A stretch of 64,000 bases of DNA from an uncultured virus (IMG/VR IMGVR_UViG_3300022602_000034) (Duplodnaviria; Heunggongvirae; Uroviricota; Caudoviricetes): the IMG/VR virus record IMGVR_UViG_3300022602_000034. One strand, written 5' to 3'. Under the pieces are notes generated by a model, which saw nothing but the letters and a program-made list of their open reading frames with translations, did no database searches and was not told the DNA's origin. Below are positions 29,191 to 39,124 of the stretch, one piece after another. Position 1 is the stretch's first letter. Each line of letters opens with the position of its first letter. A program made the position numbers and the translations under genes.

Positions 29191-29649
29191 ATGAAAATTG
29201 AAATCGTAACTAGTTCAGTCAAACGCCGAATCGTTATTGACCTCGTGACTAAATTCTTGACCAAAGAATTGAAGTTAGAGAATAGCACTTACGGTTTAAC
29301 AATTTACAATGCCCCAGGCTTACGCAAGCGTGAGGGCAACAATGGAATGGTCGCTAAAACAGGTGACCGTGAAATGCAAATGTTTGTAGATGGTGGTCTT
29401 AATGAATGTGACTTGATCTTGTGCCTCGCACATGAAATGGTTCATGTTAAGCAAATTGCAAAAGGTCAACTATCATTGAGCAAACGAAACAAAAATCTCT
29501 GGTTCGGTCAGCGTATTCTAAAAGAGTACCATGAACGTCCTTGGGAACAGGAAGCGTTCGCCCGTGAACGCCTCTTAGCTACCCGTGCAATGATCTATGT
29601 TGAAAAACAAATGGTCAAACGCATTGACAAACTTGTAAAAAATGCTTGA
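29191..29649 (+). CDS. zincin-like metallopeptidase
   Basis: LAHEMVHVKQ (HExxH) and PWEQEA. Confidence 0.75.
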   Translation: MKIEIVTSSVKRRIVIDLVTKFLTKELKLENSTYGLTIYNAPGLRKREGNNGMVAKTGDREMQMFVDGGLNECDLILCLAHEMVHVKQIAKGQLSLSKRNKNLWFGQRILKEYHERPWEQEAFARERLLATRAMIYVEKQMVKRIDKLVKNA

Positions 29650-29717
29650 CGAGAAATCAAATCAAGTATACAATACAAGTTCTTTAATTTTTTATAAGCC
29701 AACAACAGGAGTTAACA

Positions 29718-30836
29718 ATGGCATCAGCAAGTACCACTAGTGACAATCACACAATCACTGCAATTCAAGTTGCACGTTCACTGAAACAAGCAATGAAAGC
29801 AAAACGCCCCGTGTTCTTGTGGGGCCCTCCCGGTATCGGTAAGAGTGATGTTGTTCAACAACTAGCAATTGAGCTTGGTGGTTCTCCCGAAGCTATGATT
29901 GATTTGCGTATGGCACAAATGGAACCCACAGACATTCGTGGTATCCCTTTCTTCAATCAAGATATCAAAAAGATGGATTGGGCTGAGCCTGTTGATTTGC
30001 CAACTAAAGAGTTTGCAAGTCAATTCAAGACTGTGATTTTGTTCTTGGACGAAATGAACAGTGCGCCTCCTGCTGTACAGGCAGCAGGCTATCAACTTAT
30101 CTTGAACCGTCGTGTTGGTAAGTATAAACTCCCAGATAACGTTGTTATCGTTGCGGCAGGTAATCGTGACAGTGATAAGGGCGTTACATATCGTATGCCA
30201 ATGCCCCTTGCTAATCGTTTCGTTCACTTGGAAATGCGTCCTGATTTCAGTGCATGGCAGTTGTGGGCTGTGAACAACAACATTCACAAAGACGTGGTTG
30301 GTTATCTCTCATTCGCAAAAAATGACATGTACGAATTTGATGCCAAGTCAAGTTCACGTGCATTCGCTACACCTCGTTCATGGTGTTTCGTCAGTGACTT
30401 GTTGAATGACGAAGACAACATTGATACTGATTCATTGTTCAACTTGGTTGCAGGTGCAGTTGGTGATGGTCTTGCTGTGAAGTTCATGGCTCACCGTAAA
30501 GTTGCAGGTAAAATGCCCGCACCAGCAGACATTCTTGAAGGCAAGGTCAAAGACTTGCAGGTCAAAGAAATTTCTGCTATGTACTCATTGACAATTTCAA
30601 TGTGCTATGAATTGAAAGATGCTATTGAAAACAAGAAAGTGTACAACAAAAAGTTCCACGAAATGGCATACAACTTCATTGAATACATGATGAAAAACTT
30701 TGAAACAGAGTTGGTCGTTATGGGTGCTAAGATTGCGTTGAAAACATATCGTTTGCCAATTGAACCAACTCAATTGAAAAACTTTGACGAGTTCCACAAA
30801 AAATACGGCAAATACATTGTTGATGCCGGTAACTGA
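29718..30836 (+). CDS. MoxR-like AAA+ ATPase
   Basis: GPPGIGKS Walker A, LFLDEMN Walker B, AAGNR and PLANRF. Confidence 0.88.
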   Translation: MASASTTSDNHTITAIQVARSLKQAMKAKRPVFLWGPPGIGKSDVVQQLAIELGGSPEAMIDLRMAQMEPTDIRGIPFFNQDIKKMDWAEPVDLPTKEFASQFKTVILFLDEMNSAPPAVQAAGYQLILNRRVGKYKLPDNVVIVAAGNRDSDKGVTYRMPMPLANRFVHLEMRPDFSAWQLWAVNNNIHKDVVGYLSFAKNDMYEFDAKSSSRAFATPRSWCFVSDLLNDEDNIDTDSLFNLVAGAVGDGLAVKFMAHRKVAGKMPAPADILEGKVKDLQVKEISAMYSLTISMCYELKDAIENKKVYNKKFHEMAYNFIEYMMKNFETELVVMGAKIALKTYRLPIEPTQLKNFDEFHKKYGKYIVDAGN

Positions 30837-30880
30837 TTGTCAACAGTAAGTTGACTCCCTAGTGTCGCAAGACACTCTTG

Positions 30881-30916
30881 GGGGTGAGGATAGAAATGTT
30901 CTCACCCCATTTTTTT
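30881..30916 (+). terminator. Rho-independent terminator
   Basis: GGGGTGAGGA...TTCTCACCCC followed by ATTTTTTT. Confidence 0.7.
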
Positions 30917-30929
30917 CTAAGGAATTAAT

Positions 30930-31082
30930 ATGTCAGGTAAAAAATATTTCTATGCACTTGGTCAACGTGTCCGCGCACAAGGATTTAGCAAGGACGAAGG
31001 AATGGCATTGTACCGTATTGAAGCAGGCGCCCATTATGCTCGTATTGCGTTTGACGCAGGTTATCGTGGACTTGCGCTTTAA
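30930..31082 (+). CDS. 50-aa hypothetical protein (not in the ORF track)
   Basis: SD AAGGA; MSGKKYFYALGQRVRAQGFSKDEGMALYRIEAGAHYARIAFDAGYRGLAL*. Confidence 0.55.
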   Translation: MSGKKYFYALGQRVRAQGFSKDEGMALYRIEAGAHYARIAFDAGYRGLAL

Positions 31083-31130
31083 TATGGTTTGTGCTATAAT
31101 CATCATATCAGAATTAATTAGAGGTTTAAC

Positions 31131-32405
31131 ATGAGCGAAGTTATTGGTAGTAAAAAGAAAACACGCAATTCAAAATTTGATAATCTTTTAGGTCCTACTG
31201 ACCCTAAGATTGACGCAGAAGCACGAGAACTGCTTGTCTCTGCTCGTATTGGTTTGTTATTGCGTCATAGTTTCTTTGGTAACTTGGCTACTCGTTTGAA
31301 ACTTGTCAACGGTGATGAGTGGTTGAGTACAGCGGCTACAGATGGTCAAACATTCTATTACAATAGCCGCTTCATTAAAATGTTGAAAACTAAAGAAGTT
31401 GAGTTCTTGGTAGCACATGAGGTATTGCACGTGGTTTACGATCACATGGGTCGCCGTAATCATCGTGATCCTCAAATCTGGAACATTGCTGATGACTATG
31501 CAGTTAACGCAGACTTGAAGCGACACAAAGTTGGTCAATTCATTACTACTGTGCCTTGCTTGTATGAACAAAAATATGATGGCAAGGCAGCAGAGGAAAT
31601 CTATGATGACTTGATGAAGAATGTTCAGAAGATTAACATTGACTCATTGATTGACCAGTTGCTTGACGACCACATGGATGGTGATGGTGACGAGGGTGAA
31701 GGTGGTGATGGTGAACAAAAAGGCAAAGGTCGTCCTCAACTGTCACAAGAAGAAAAAGACCGTATTCGTCAAGAAGTCAAACAAGCAATTATCAATGCTG
31801 CACAAAGTGCAGAAGCAGGTACATTGCCTCTAGGTGTCGAACGATTGGTTCGTCAAGTTACTGATCCAGTCATGCCTTGGCGTGAACTGATTCAAACAAA
31901 CTTGACTAGCGCAATTCGTACCGACTATTCTTGGATGCGGCCAAGTCGTCGGGGTTGGCATATGGATGCAGTTATGCCAGGCATGACTCCAGGTGAAGAG
32001 ATTGATGTTGTTGTTTCTATTGACATGAGTGGTTCAATTAGTGACAAACAAGCACAAGCATTCTTGGGTGAAATTGCAGGCATGATGAGTAGTTTTGACG
32101 GCTACAAAATTCATGTATTCTGTTTTGACACTAAGTGGTACAATCCACAAGACTTTACTAGCGAGAACATGGATAGTATTGAAGAATACAAACCACAAGG
32201 TGGCGGTGGTACCGACTTTGATGTTATCTTTGACTACTTGAAAGAAATTGGTAATGTACCAAAACGCTTGATTGTTTTCACTGATGGATATCCTTGTGGT
32301 TCATGGGGTGACCCTGACTACTGTGACACAACTTGGATCGTTCACGGTGACCCTGACCCAAAACCCCCATTCGGTCAGTGTGCGGTGTACGATGAACATC
32401 AATGA
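31131..32405 (+). CDS. HExxH metallopeptidase-like plus VWA domain protein (DUF2201-like)
   Basis: TAATDG, AHEVLH, IDMSGSI (MIDAS), GGGGTDF and VFTDGY motifs. Confidence 0.85.
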   Translation: MSEVIGSKKKTRNSKFDNLLGPTDPKIDAEARELLVSARIGLLLRHSFFGNLATRLKLVNGDEWLSTAATDGQTFYYNSRFIKMLKTKEVEFLVAHEVLHVVYDHMGRRNHRDPQIWNIADDYAVNADLKRHKVGQFITTVPCLYEQKYDGKAAEEIYDDLMKNVQKINIDSLIDQLLDDHMDGDGDEGEGGDGEQKGKGRPQLSQEEKDRIRQEVKQAIINAAQSAEAGTLPLGVERLVRQVTDPVMPWRELIQTNLTSAIRTDYSWMRPSRRGWHMDAVMPGMTPGEEIDVVVSIDMSGSISDKQAQAFLGEIAGMMSSFDGYKIHVFCFDTKWYNPQDFTSENMDSIEEYKPQGGGGTDFDVIFDYLKEIGNVPKRLIVFTDGYPCGSWGDPDYCDTTWIVHGDPDPKPPFGQCAVYDEHQ

Positions 32406-32656
32406 TTGAGCGAGAACTTGATCCTTATGTTTGGTTTGGTGAGAGAGAAATCTCTCCCATTCCACGCCATTTTGTAAAAGCATCTACACCAATTTCAAAT
32501 GAGAATCATGTTTGGGTAATTACAAGACTCAAAGGTAGATATGGTGTAGGTGTATCTGAAAACAATAATGAGTTTCTATCTAGCCTAGAGAGCTTTTTTT
32601 ACTTTGAAGATCCGGGCGAAGCAATGATGTACGAATTGCGCTGGTCCGGAAAATAA
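32402..32656 (+). CDS. small protein of the F-x-L-R-W family (dispersed member)
   Basis: C-terminal FYFEDPGEAMMYELRWS. Confidence 0.65.
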   Translation: MIERELDPYVWFGEREISPIPRHFVKASTPISNENHVWVITRLKGRYGVGVSENNNEFLSSLESFFYFEDPGEAMMYELRWSGK

Positions 32657-32706
32657 TTTAACACAATCAAACTCATGTAAATATAGTATCCTTGAGGAGA
32701 TATTAT

Positions 32707-33414
32707 ATGAGTTTTATAAAGCACATTGGCAAGCACGGTGATCGTAAGGTTGCAATTCTTTTTAGAGAAGTGCCCGGTGAACCACACATGTGTCTGGTTA
32801 CATACACAGAGACATTGAATCGTCACATTCACGATCCAATGATGGCATGTATTGAAGGTTCTATTGGTCAAACTAGTGAAAATCTAGCAGATGCATTGAG
32901 CCGCACACATACGGCAGATGGTAAATACATGTTAAATGTATTACACATTGAGGGATTAATTAAGAAAGTTCAAACAGAGCAAATCTTAATGACCCCTAAC
33001 GCATCTACTAGAATCAAACTAAGTGAATTGAATGTCATTCTTAACGAAATGGCACAAGGTGAGGCAGCAGTTAAAAAACTTGCTGACATGGACGCTAGTT
33101 TAGGATTGCAAACTCCAGCAGAAGTTGCTAAAAGAATGCGTGAAAACAAACCTACTCCAAGTCAACCACCAGTAAATGTTCCAAATGTTGAGGGTATATT
33201 GGGTGATACTGCACTAGCAAACAATTTAATCACACAAGCACAGCGTATGGCAGCAGAAGCAAAGGGCTTATTGGCTGAAAGCGCACGATTAGAGCAGCAA
33301 GCAAATGAGATGCTTGGAATCCCTACAGCTACTCAAATCACAGCAACAGCAACACAGTCTGAACCAGTTAAAAAAGGTAGAGGTCGTCCTGCAAAGGCAA
33401 AATCCCTAGCATAA
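32707..33414 (+). CDS. hypothetical protein
   Basis: SD GAGGAG before ATG32707; C-terminal KKGRGRPAK AT-hook-like motif. Confidence 0.7.
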   Translation: MSFIKHIGKHGDRKVAILFREVPGEPHMCLVTYTETLNRHIHDPMMACIEGSIGQTSENLADALSRTHTADGKYMLNVLHIEGLIKKVQTEQILMTPNASTRIKLSELNVILNEMAQGEAAVKKLADMDASLGLQTPAEVAKRMRENKPTPSQPPVNVPNVEGILGDTALANNLITQAQRMAAEAKGLLAESARLEQQANEMLGIPTATQITATATQSEPVKKGRGRPAKAKSLA

Positions 33415-33421
33415 GTACATA

Positions 33422-33724
33422 ATGAAGAAAACACCAGAATACATTAAAAAGTGGGAACACATTCTTCTGGACGTTGAAAAGAGTGATGTTCCCGTAGAGT
33501 TCATAAAGAAAGTTGTTGTTAAGATGATTGGTAAAAAACAACATACTATCAACATACAATCTTTATTGAAACAAGGTTTAGAGCCAGAGGAGATTGAGCA
33601 AATCGTCAATCGTAAGTTAAGTGAACTTGATCCAGTGGCAATAAGCATCTCTTTCGTTTTTGATGTACAAACTATCGCAGAAACGGTTCAACCAGAGACT
33701 GATAAGTTACTAGGAAATTTGTAG
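33422..33724 (+). CDS. hypothetical protein
   Basis: 100 aa; TAAGTA ends 4 nt before the ATG. Confidence 0.65.
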   Translation: MKKTPEYIKKWEHILLDVEKSDVPVEFIKKVVVKMIGKKQHTINIQSLLKQGLEPEEIEQIVNRKLSELDPVAISISFVFDVQTIAETVQPETDKLLGNL

Positions 33725-33729
33725 AGTTT

Positions 33730-34170
33730 TTGGCTTGTGATCCTAAAGGAGGAATAAGCTAAAGGTAAGATGCTCTGATTAAAACTCAGGGCATTTTGCC
33801 AAGATTCAAGCAATTGACAAATGGGCAAGTTGTTGTCATGGGTCGTAACACTTGGGAAAGTCTTCCCAAGAAACCTCTAATAGGCAGATTAAATTTTGTG
33901 GTAACCAGTCAATCATTGGTACTACCTATAGGTGCTATACAAGTGCCTAACTTAAATCATTTTGGTGAGTTCAAAAATGCATGGCTAATAGGCGGTGCTC
34001 AACTAATTAACTCAGCATGGCATCTAATCGATGAAGTATATTTGACCAAGACATTTACCGAATATACTTGTGATGCCTTTATTGATTTGTTATACTTAGA
34101 ACAGAATTATATGTGTTGGTTTAAAGAACAACATACAGACCATACGTATGAAATTTGGAAGAAGAAATGA
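33730..34170 (+). pseudogene. folA: dihydrofolate reductase with a disrupted 5' end
   Basis: Intact LPRFKQLT...VVMGRNTWESLP...IGGAQ...CDAF; upstream remnant ACDPKGGI is followed by stops/frameshifts and there is no usable start. Confidence 0.7.
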
Positions 34171-34216
34171 CAATATTATTACTGTCCGGGCTAATATTTT
34201 TCAATTTATGCTGTGC

Positions 34217-34759
34217 TTATTTATTAAGTCGCCAGCCGTGAATTGATGACTGCTTTCCTTTAATAACTCTACTCAGATTCCCAGCGTCTAGCTTGTATAA
34301 TGTTCTTAAATCGTTTTGAGTCATTGATACTTTTTCGCCAGTATTGATATTTTCAAAGTCATACACTGATGTATCGTATCGTGGATTATTGGCAGAAATA
34401 TAAGTATCTCTTTTCATATAATGATTCTTGCCACTGAATTTTTCTTTGACAATATCAGTAGTAGCTGAGTTTTTACTGCCAAGTAGTCCACCGCCACCAG
34501 ACTCTGGTATTAAGTTTGCCCATTCAGAACTTTCAACGATATTCCACAATTCACTATAATATCTTCCCCAATGATTACGTTCATCCTTGGAGATACATTC
34601 TTTTAATACATGAGTATCATGTTCGTGTCCATATCTCGTCAAATGTTGTTTCCACTCTTTACCAGAGCCTTTGTATTTGTATGGGTTACTTGCGGTTTGG
34701 CCTAAGTATTTTAGGCCAGTCTTTCTATGTGTCTTGACATAGAGATAATAAATAGTCAT
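34217..34759 (-). CDS. GIY-YIG (Seg-like) free-standing homing endonuclease
   Basis: YYLY...KYLGQT, YKGSGKEW and WANLIPESG motifs; NUMOD-like C-terminus; inverted between DHFR and thyA. Confidence 0.75.
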   Translation of the reverse strand: MTIYYLYVKTHRKTGLKYLGQTASNPYKYKGSGKEWKQHLTRYGHEHDTHVLKECISKDERNHWGRYYSELWNIVESSEWANLIPESGGGGLLGSKNSATTDIVKEKFSGKNHYMKRDTYISANNPRYDTSVYDFENINTGEKVSMTQNDLRTLYKLDAGNLSRVIKGKQSSIHGWRLNK

Positions 34760-34871
34760 GCTGATTGCTCCTATAAGCGTTAGAGTAGTTGGGAATTCCC
34801 GTTCCGCGAACTACACTCTTATTTATCCCAACAGCATTGATTTACATAACAATATTTGATAAAATATCAGT

Positions 34872-35783
34872 ATGAAGATATATTTACAACTTTTACAAGA
34901 CATATTAGACAATGGTGAAACTAAAGACGACCGCACGGGTGTGGGGACAATTTCAGTATTTGGCAGACAACTTAGATTCAATCTTAAAGAATCTTTTCCT
35001 GCCATTACCACTAAGAAACTTGCTTGGAAGGCTTGTGTCGGTGAATTACTTTGGTTTATTGAGGGAAGCGGTGATGAGCGTAGATTGGCAGAACTCACCC
35101 ACGGTAGTCGTGATGGAACCACAACAATATGGACGCCAAATGCGCTTGCACCATATTGGAAGCATAAAGCGAAGTTTGAGGGCGACCTCGGTCGTGTATA
35201 TGGAGTACAATGGCGTCGCTGGCAAACGCCAGTCTATCATTCACAGGAAACGTTCAAAGACGACTTCGGTAGTCAATACAACAGAGAAGGTCACTTCCAT
35301 GTCAAAGAGACGGATCAACTCAAAAATCTATTACAAGGTCTAATTGAAGATCCTAATGGTCGTAGACATATTATCAGTGCATGGAACCCGGGTGAGTTTG
35401 ACCAAATGGCATTGCCACCATGCCACGTTATGAGTCAGTTTTATGTCAACAAAAATAAAGAATTATCTTGTCATATGTACCAGCGTAGTGTTGATGTTTA
35501 TTTAGGTCTCCCCTTTAATATTGCTAGCTATGCGCTACTCACTCATTTAGTTGCTCAAGTGTGTGATTTGAATGTAGGTGAATTAGTTATTAGTACAGGT
35601 GATACTCACATATATCAGAATCATGTAGAACAAGTAAATGAGCAAATGAGTAGAGAACCTTATCAATTACCTACACTGTGGCTTAACCCCGAAATCAAAG
35701 ATATAAACAATTTCAAGATGGATGATATAAAATTAATTGACTATCAATCACACGGGCAATTAAAGGCTCCAATGGCAGTTTAA
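34872..35783 (+). CDS. thyA: thymidylate synthase
   Basis: DRTGVGT, ELLWF, YGVQWR, MALPPCH, YQRSVD, LPFNIASY and GDTHIY motifs. Confidence 0.97.
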   Translation: MKIYLQLLQDILDNGETKDDRTGVGTISVFGRQLRFNLKESFPAITTKKLAWKACVGELLWFIEGSGDERRLAELTHGSRDGTTTIWTPNALAPYWKHKAKFEGDLGRVYGVQWRRWQTPVYHSQETFKDDFGSQYNREGHFHVKETDQLKNLLQGLIEDPNGRRHIISAWNPGEFDQMALPPCHVMSQFYVNKNKELSCHMYQRSVDVYLGLPFNIASYALLTHLVAQVCDLNVGELVISTGDTHIYQNHVEQVNEQMSREPYQLPTLWLNPEIKDINNFKMDDIKLIDYQSHGQLKAPMAV

Positions 35784-35817
35784 TATTAAAAGGTAGACCA
35801 TAATGATAAATAGATAC

Positions 35818-36390
35818 ATGAAATCAATGTATCATTACCATCATATTATACCTAAACACATGGGAGGGACTAATGATCCTTCTAACTTAGTTAAGCTAAC
35901 AATTGCTGAACACGCTGCGGCTCATAAAACATTATTTGAAGAATATGGGAATAAGTTTGATTATATTGCGTACATGGCATTGTCAAACCAGATAGGTAAA
36001 GAAGAAGCAAATTATTTAAAAATGTTAGGTCCTAAAAATTGGACAGTAGAAGGTAAAGAAACATTGCGAGAAAATGCTAAAAAAAGAAAGGGTGATAAAA
36101 ATCCATTTTATGGAAAATCTCACTCCAAAGAAACCCGTGAGGTTCTTAGAGAGAATCAATTGACTAACAGTTGGATCAAAGGGATTGACCCTTCTTTGTT
36201 GCCCTATACAACATATTATGAGATAATTTATCCAGATGGGTCTATTAAACAAGTAGTAGGGTTAAAGTCTATTGCCGATGAATTCAATGTCAGTATCGCT
36301 AATGTCCATGCTACTATCAGTAGAATGGCTAAAGGTATAATGCCGAGCAAAAGTGTTTTTAAAAATCATCTCATTCGGAAATTAGATTGA
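35818..36390 (+). CDS. HNH homing endonuclease with a NUMOD3 motif
   Basis: HHIIPKHMGGTNDPSNLVKLTIAEHAAAH and NPFYGKSHSKET; start chosen 5 nt after TAAATA. Confidence 0.8.
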   Translation: MKSMYHYHHIIPKHMGGTNDPSNLVKLTIAEHAAAHKTLFEEYGNKFDYIAYMALSNQIGKEEANYLKMLGPKNWTVEGKETLRENAKKRKGDKNPFYGKSHSKETREVLRENQLTNSWIKGIDPSLLPYTTYYEIIYPDGSIKQVVGLKSIADEFNVSIANVHATISRMAKGIMPSKSVFKNHLIRKLD

Positions 36391-36417
36391 TAGACAAATT
36401 AAAGCAGATATGGCAGT

Positions 36418-36681
36418 ATGATTGACTCAGAAGAAGCAAAAACAATAGGATTTGTAGCACATACTATTAAGATGAGTGATGTTGAAGATCCTGATTTATT
36501 TGTGGCACAGCCGATACATGAATGGCAACAAACTGAAGCAGGCAAGTGGATAATGAAAAATTCTAGTCCTAAACCAAGTTGGCATCGTAATCATGACATA
36601 TACAACTATGGATATCAATATCAAATTAGAGCATATCTAACACACAAACAATTAACATATTATAAGTTGAAATACGAATGA
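36418..36681 (+). CDS. hypothetical protein, distant F/Y-x-L-K-Y family member
   Basis: EDPDLFVAQPIHEWQ...LTYYKLKYE. Confidence 0.6.
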   Translation: MIDSEEAKTIGFVAHTIKMSDVEDPDLFVAQPIHEWQQTEAGKWIMKNSSPKPSWHRNHDIYNYGYQYQIRAYLTHKQLTYYKLKYE

Positions 36682-37634
36682 AAATTTTAGTAACAGGCGG
36701 AGCCGGACTCATAGGACATAATGTCGTTAGTCGTTTAGAAGACCTTGGACATGATGTATGTATCATGGACATACAAACAAACTATGGCATTATACCCCAA
36801 GATGAAATTGATTATCTAATGACCGAACGGTCTAAAAAGTTTAAGAGTGAAATATGGTTAAGGGATATATGTGATGTAGAAAAAGTAGATAGAACCTTTT
36901 ACTTAGAAGAACCAGAGATTGTGATACACATGGCTAGCTTCCCAAGACAGAAGGTAGTTAATGCAAACCCTGCACTTGGTAGTCGTACAATGAGCGAAGG
37001 GTTACTCAACTTGTTGGAAGCCTGTGACAAATATGAAGTACGCAAGTTCATCTATATCAGTAGTTCAATGGTGTATGGTGACTTCACCGATGATGTAAAA
37101 GAAGATTATGAATGTAAACCACAAGGACAATATGGAATCCTCAAACTTGCAGGAGAATGGCTTGTCAAAGACTATACTCGCCGTACTAATCTTGTTCATA
37201 CTATTATACGCCCCTCTGCTGTATATGGTCCACTTGACGTGGAAGACCGTGTCATCTCAAAGTTCATCCTCCGAGCAATGCGAGGACAACCGCTTAATGT
37301 TAACGGTGCCAGTGAAACACTTGACTTCACGTTTGTAGAAGATGCAGCAGACGGTATCGTTGCCGCCGCATTGAGCGATAATACAGACAATAAAACATAC
37401 AATATCACAAAAAGTCATAGTCACACACTACTTGATGCAGCCAAATTAGCTGTAAAAATCGTGGGTCAAGGTGAGATTATTGTAGGAAACAGGGATTTAG
37501 ACTTCCCAAGTCGCGGGGCGTTGAATATTGATGCTGCTCGTAGGGACTTTAATTTTGACCCAAAAGTTGACGTTGCTGAAGGTTTCCAAATTTACTATGA
37601 TTGGCTGAAAGGGTCTAGTTTTTTCGCTAAATAA
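36678..37634 (+). CDS. NAD-dependent nucleotide-sugar epimerase/dehydratase
   Basis: VTGGAGLIG, ISSSMVYG, YGILK (YxxxK) and RPSAVYGP motifs. Confidence 0.92.
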   Translation: MKILVTGGAGLIGHNVVSRLEDLGHDVCIMDIQTNYGIIPQDEIDYLMTERSKKFKSEIWLRDICDVEKVDRTFYLEEPEIVIHMASFPRQKVVNANPALGSRTMSEGLLNLLEACDKYEVRKFIYISSSMVYGDFTDDVKEDYECKPQGQYGILKLAGEWLVKDYTRRTNLVHTIIRPSAVYGPLDVEDRVISKFILRAMRGQPLNVNGASETLDFTFVEDAADGIVAAALSDNTDNKTYNITKSHSHTLLDAAKLAVKIVGQGEIIVGNRDLDFPSRGALNIDAARRDFNFDPKVDVAEGFQIYYDWLKGSSFFAK

Positions 37635-37638
37635 GTGT

Positions 37639-38094
37639 ATGTTCTTCCTACACTTTATACCCGACAGTTATCTTCAATTATTCATTGACGGCGTCCTAGG
37701 TCTCGGCGCCGTGTTATTTTTAATCTCAACCATACTATCCGGTTTGTTCAAGCGATGGTTTCCCGCTGTTGAAGCATACATGATATTGGTTCATATACTA
37801 GCACTTGTATTATTAGCAGGTGGCGCCTTCTTTAAGGGAGGATATGAGACTGAAATATTATGGAGACATAAAGCAGAAGAAATTCAGGCTAACTTAGACA
37901 AAGCAGAACAAGAAAGCAAACTTGCTAACAACAAGTTAGACAAAAAAGCAAAACAAAAAGAAAAAATCATTATTGTACGTCAAGGCGTCAATAAAGAATA
38001 TATTCAACGAGAAGTTGCAAAATACAATAAATCCTGTGTAATTCCTCCTGAATTCGTAAAAGCACATAATGATGCAGCGGAGGCACCAAAATGA
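37639..38094 (+). CDS. putative inner-membrane spanin (Rz-like)
   Basis: N-terminal TM helices, coiled coil, C-terminal CVIPPEFVKAHNDAA. Confidence 0.6.
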   Translation: MFFLHFIPDSYLQLFIDGVLGLGAVLFLISTILSGLFKRWFPAVEAYMILVHILALVLLAGGAFFKGGYETEILWRHKAEEIQANLDKAEQESKLANNKLDKKAKQKEKIIIVRQGVNKEYIQREVAKYNKSCVIPPEFVKAHNDAAEAPK

Positions 38095-38501
38095 GATATG
38101 GAGTAATACTCGGTATATTAGCGTTTCTACTAATAATACTCACCGGATGTTCAACAGTTGAAGCATTCTTAATGAAGTATGATGGCAACGAATACAAATT
38201 GGCAACTGACATTAGAGTTAAAGCTAACCTAAGTCAAGATTCTTGCAATGACCAAGCACTAAGCAAAGTCAACAGCAAAGAAATCGCAGATGCAACAACT
38301 GCATTACAGTTCTATGCTGAAAATCTTCCACACAATAAACCAATGCAAGATGCTAGTACTCAACTAAATCAAATGGCTCAGGGATTTACTAAGATGTATG
38401 ATTCAGGTAAAGTCAGTGAAGTATTTTGCAAAATCAAGTTTAAGAACTTAGAAGACAATGCAGCCAAACTACAGATGATTGAAGGAGGCAAACCTAAATG
38501 A
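38091..38501 (+). CDS. lipoprotein
   Basis: Lipobox LTGC after a hydrophobic signal. Confidence 0.7.
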   Translation: MRYGVILGILAFLLIILTGCSTVEAFLMKYDGNEYKLATDIRVKANLSQDSCNDQALSKVNSKEIADATTALQFYAENLPHNKPMQDASTQLNQMAQGFTKMYDSGKVSEVFCKIKFKNLEDNAAKLQMIEGGKPK

Positions 38502-38755
38502 GCGACTTATCAGAAATTCAATTTACACTTAATAGTGTAGAAAGCGAAAACCCAGCAGTTAATAGTGAGATTGATACAATCCACCAATACACTGAATTGG
38601 TAAAACAAGGTAAACTATCTGTCCCTGAGTACAAAGAATTGTTATTAGATATTCAACGTACATTAAATATTAACAGTGCTCAAGTTGAGCAAAACCATTT
38701 GAATACAATTAACATGTGTATCAATGGATTAATTAACATTGCAGGTGCGGTATGA
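38498..38755 (+). CDS. hypothetical protein
   Basis: 85 aa, SD GGAGG, ATGA overlap. Confidence 0.6.
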   Translation: MSDLSEIQFTLNSVESENPAVNSEIDTIHQYTELVKQGKLSVPEYKELLLDIQRTLNINSAQVEQNHLNTINMCINGLINIAGAV

Positions 38756-39081
38756 TTGATGACGATACAGATGAACAATATACTTGGGTAGATACAGTTA
38801 AAGGTATAGTTGTTGCTATATTAATATGTTTAATAGTTATTTGGTTAACGGGTTGTAGCACAACAGTTGGGGTAACTGCCAAGTTTCCTGATAGCCCTAG
38901 CACTAAATCACTAGAACGTTGTCCTGACTTACAGAAGTTACAAGATAAAGCGCAACTTAGTGATGTTGCAGATACAGTGAATGTTAATTATTCTACTTAT
39001 TATCAATGTGCTGTAAAATCCGATCAATGGATTGAATGGTATCAGATACAGAAAAAGATATTTGAAAACGCTACAAAATAA
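38752..39081 (+). CDS. putative outer-membrane spanin lipoprotein (Rz1-like)
   Basis: Lipobox LTGC, FPDSP...CPDL and NYSTYYQC motifs. Confidence 0.6.
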   Translation: MIDDDTDEQYTWVDTVKGIVVAILICLIVIWLTGCSTTVGVTAKFPDSPSTKSLERCPDLQKLQDKAQLSDVADTVNVNYSTYYQCAVKSDQWIEWYQIQKKIFENATK

Positions 39082-39107
39082 AAAAGCCCCGATTAAGGGG
39101 CTTTTTT
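39080..39107. terminator. bidirectional Rho-independent terminator
   Basis: AAAAAAGCCCC-GATTAA-GGGGCTTTTTT between convergent genes. Confidence 0.85.
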
Positions 39108-39124
39108 GTGGGTGTTAGTGTTGA

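Noticed and set aside
30862..31134. 90-aa ORF from the track
   Set aside because: Runs through a terminator and lacks an SD; the 30930..31082 frame has an SD and fits better
35220..35315. Intron or intein in thyA
   Set aside because: Only a short in-frame variable loop; the ORF is continuous with no splicing motifs
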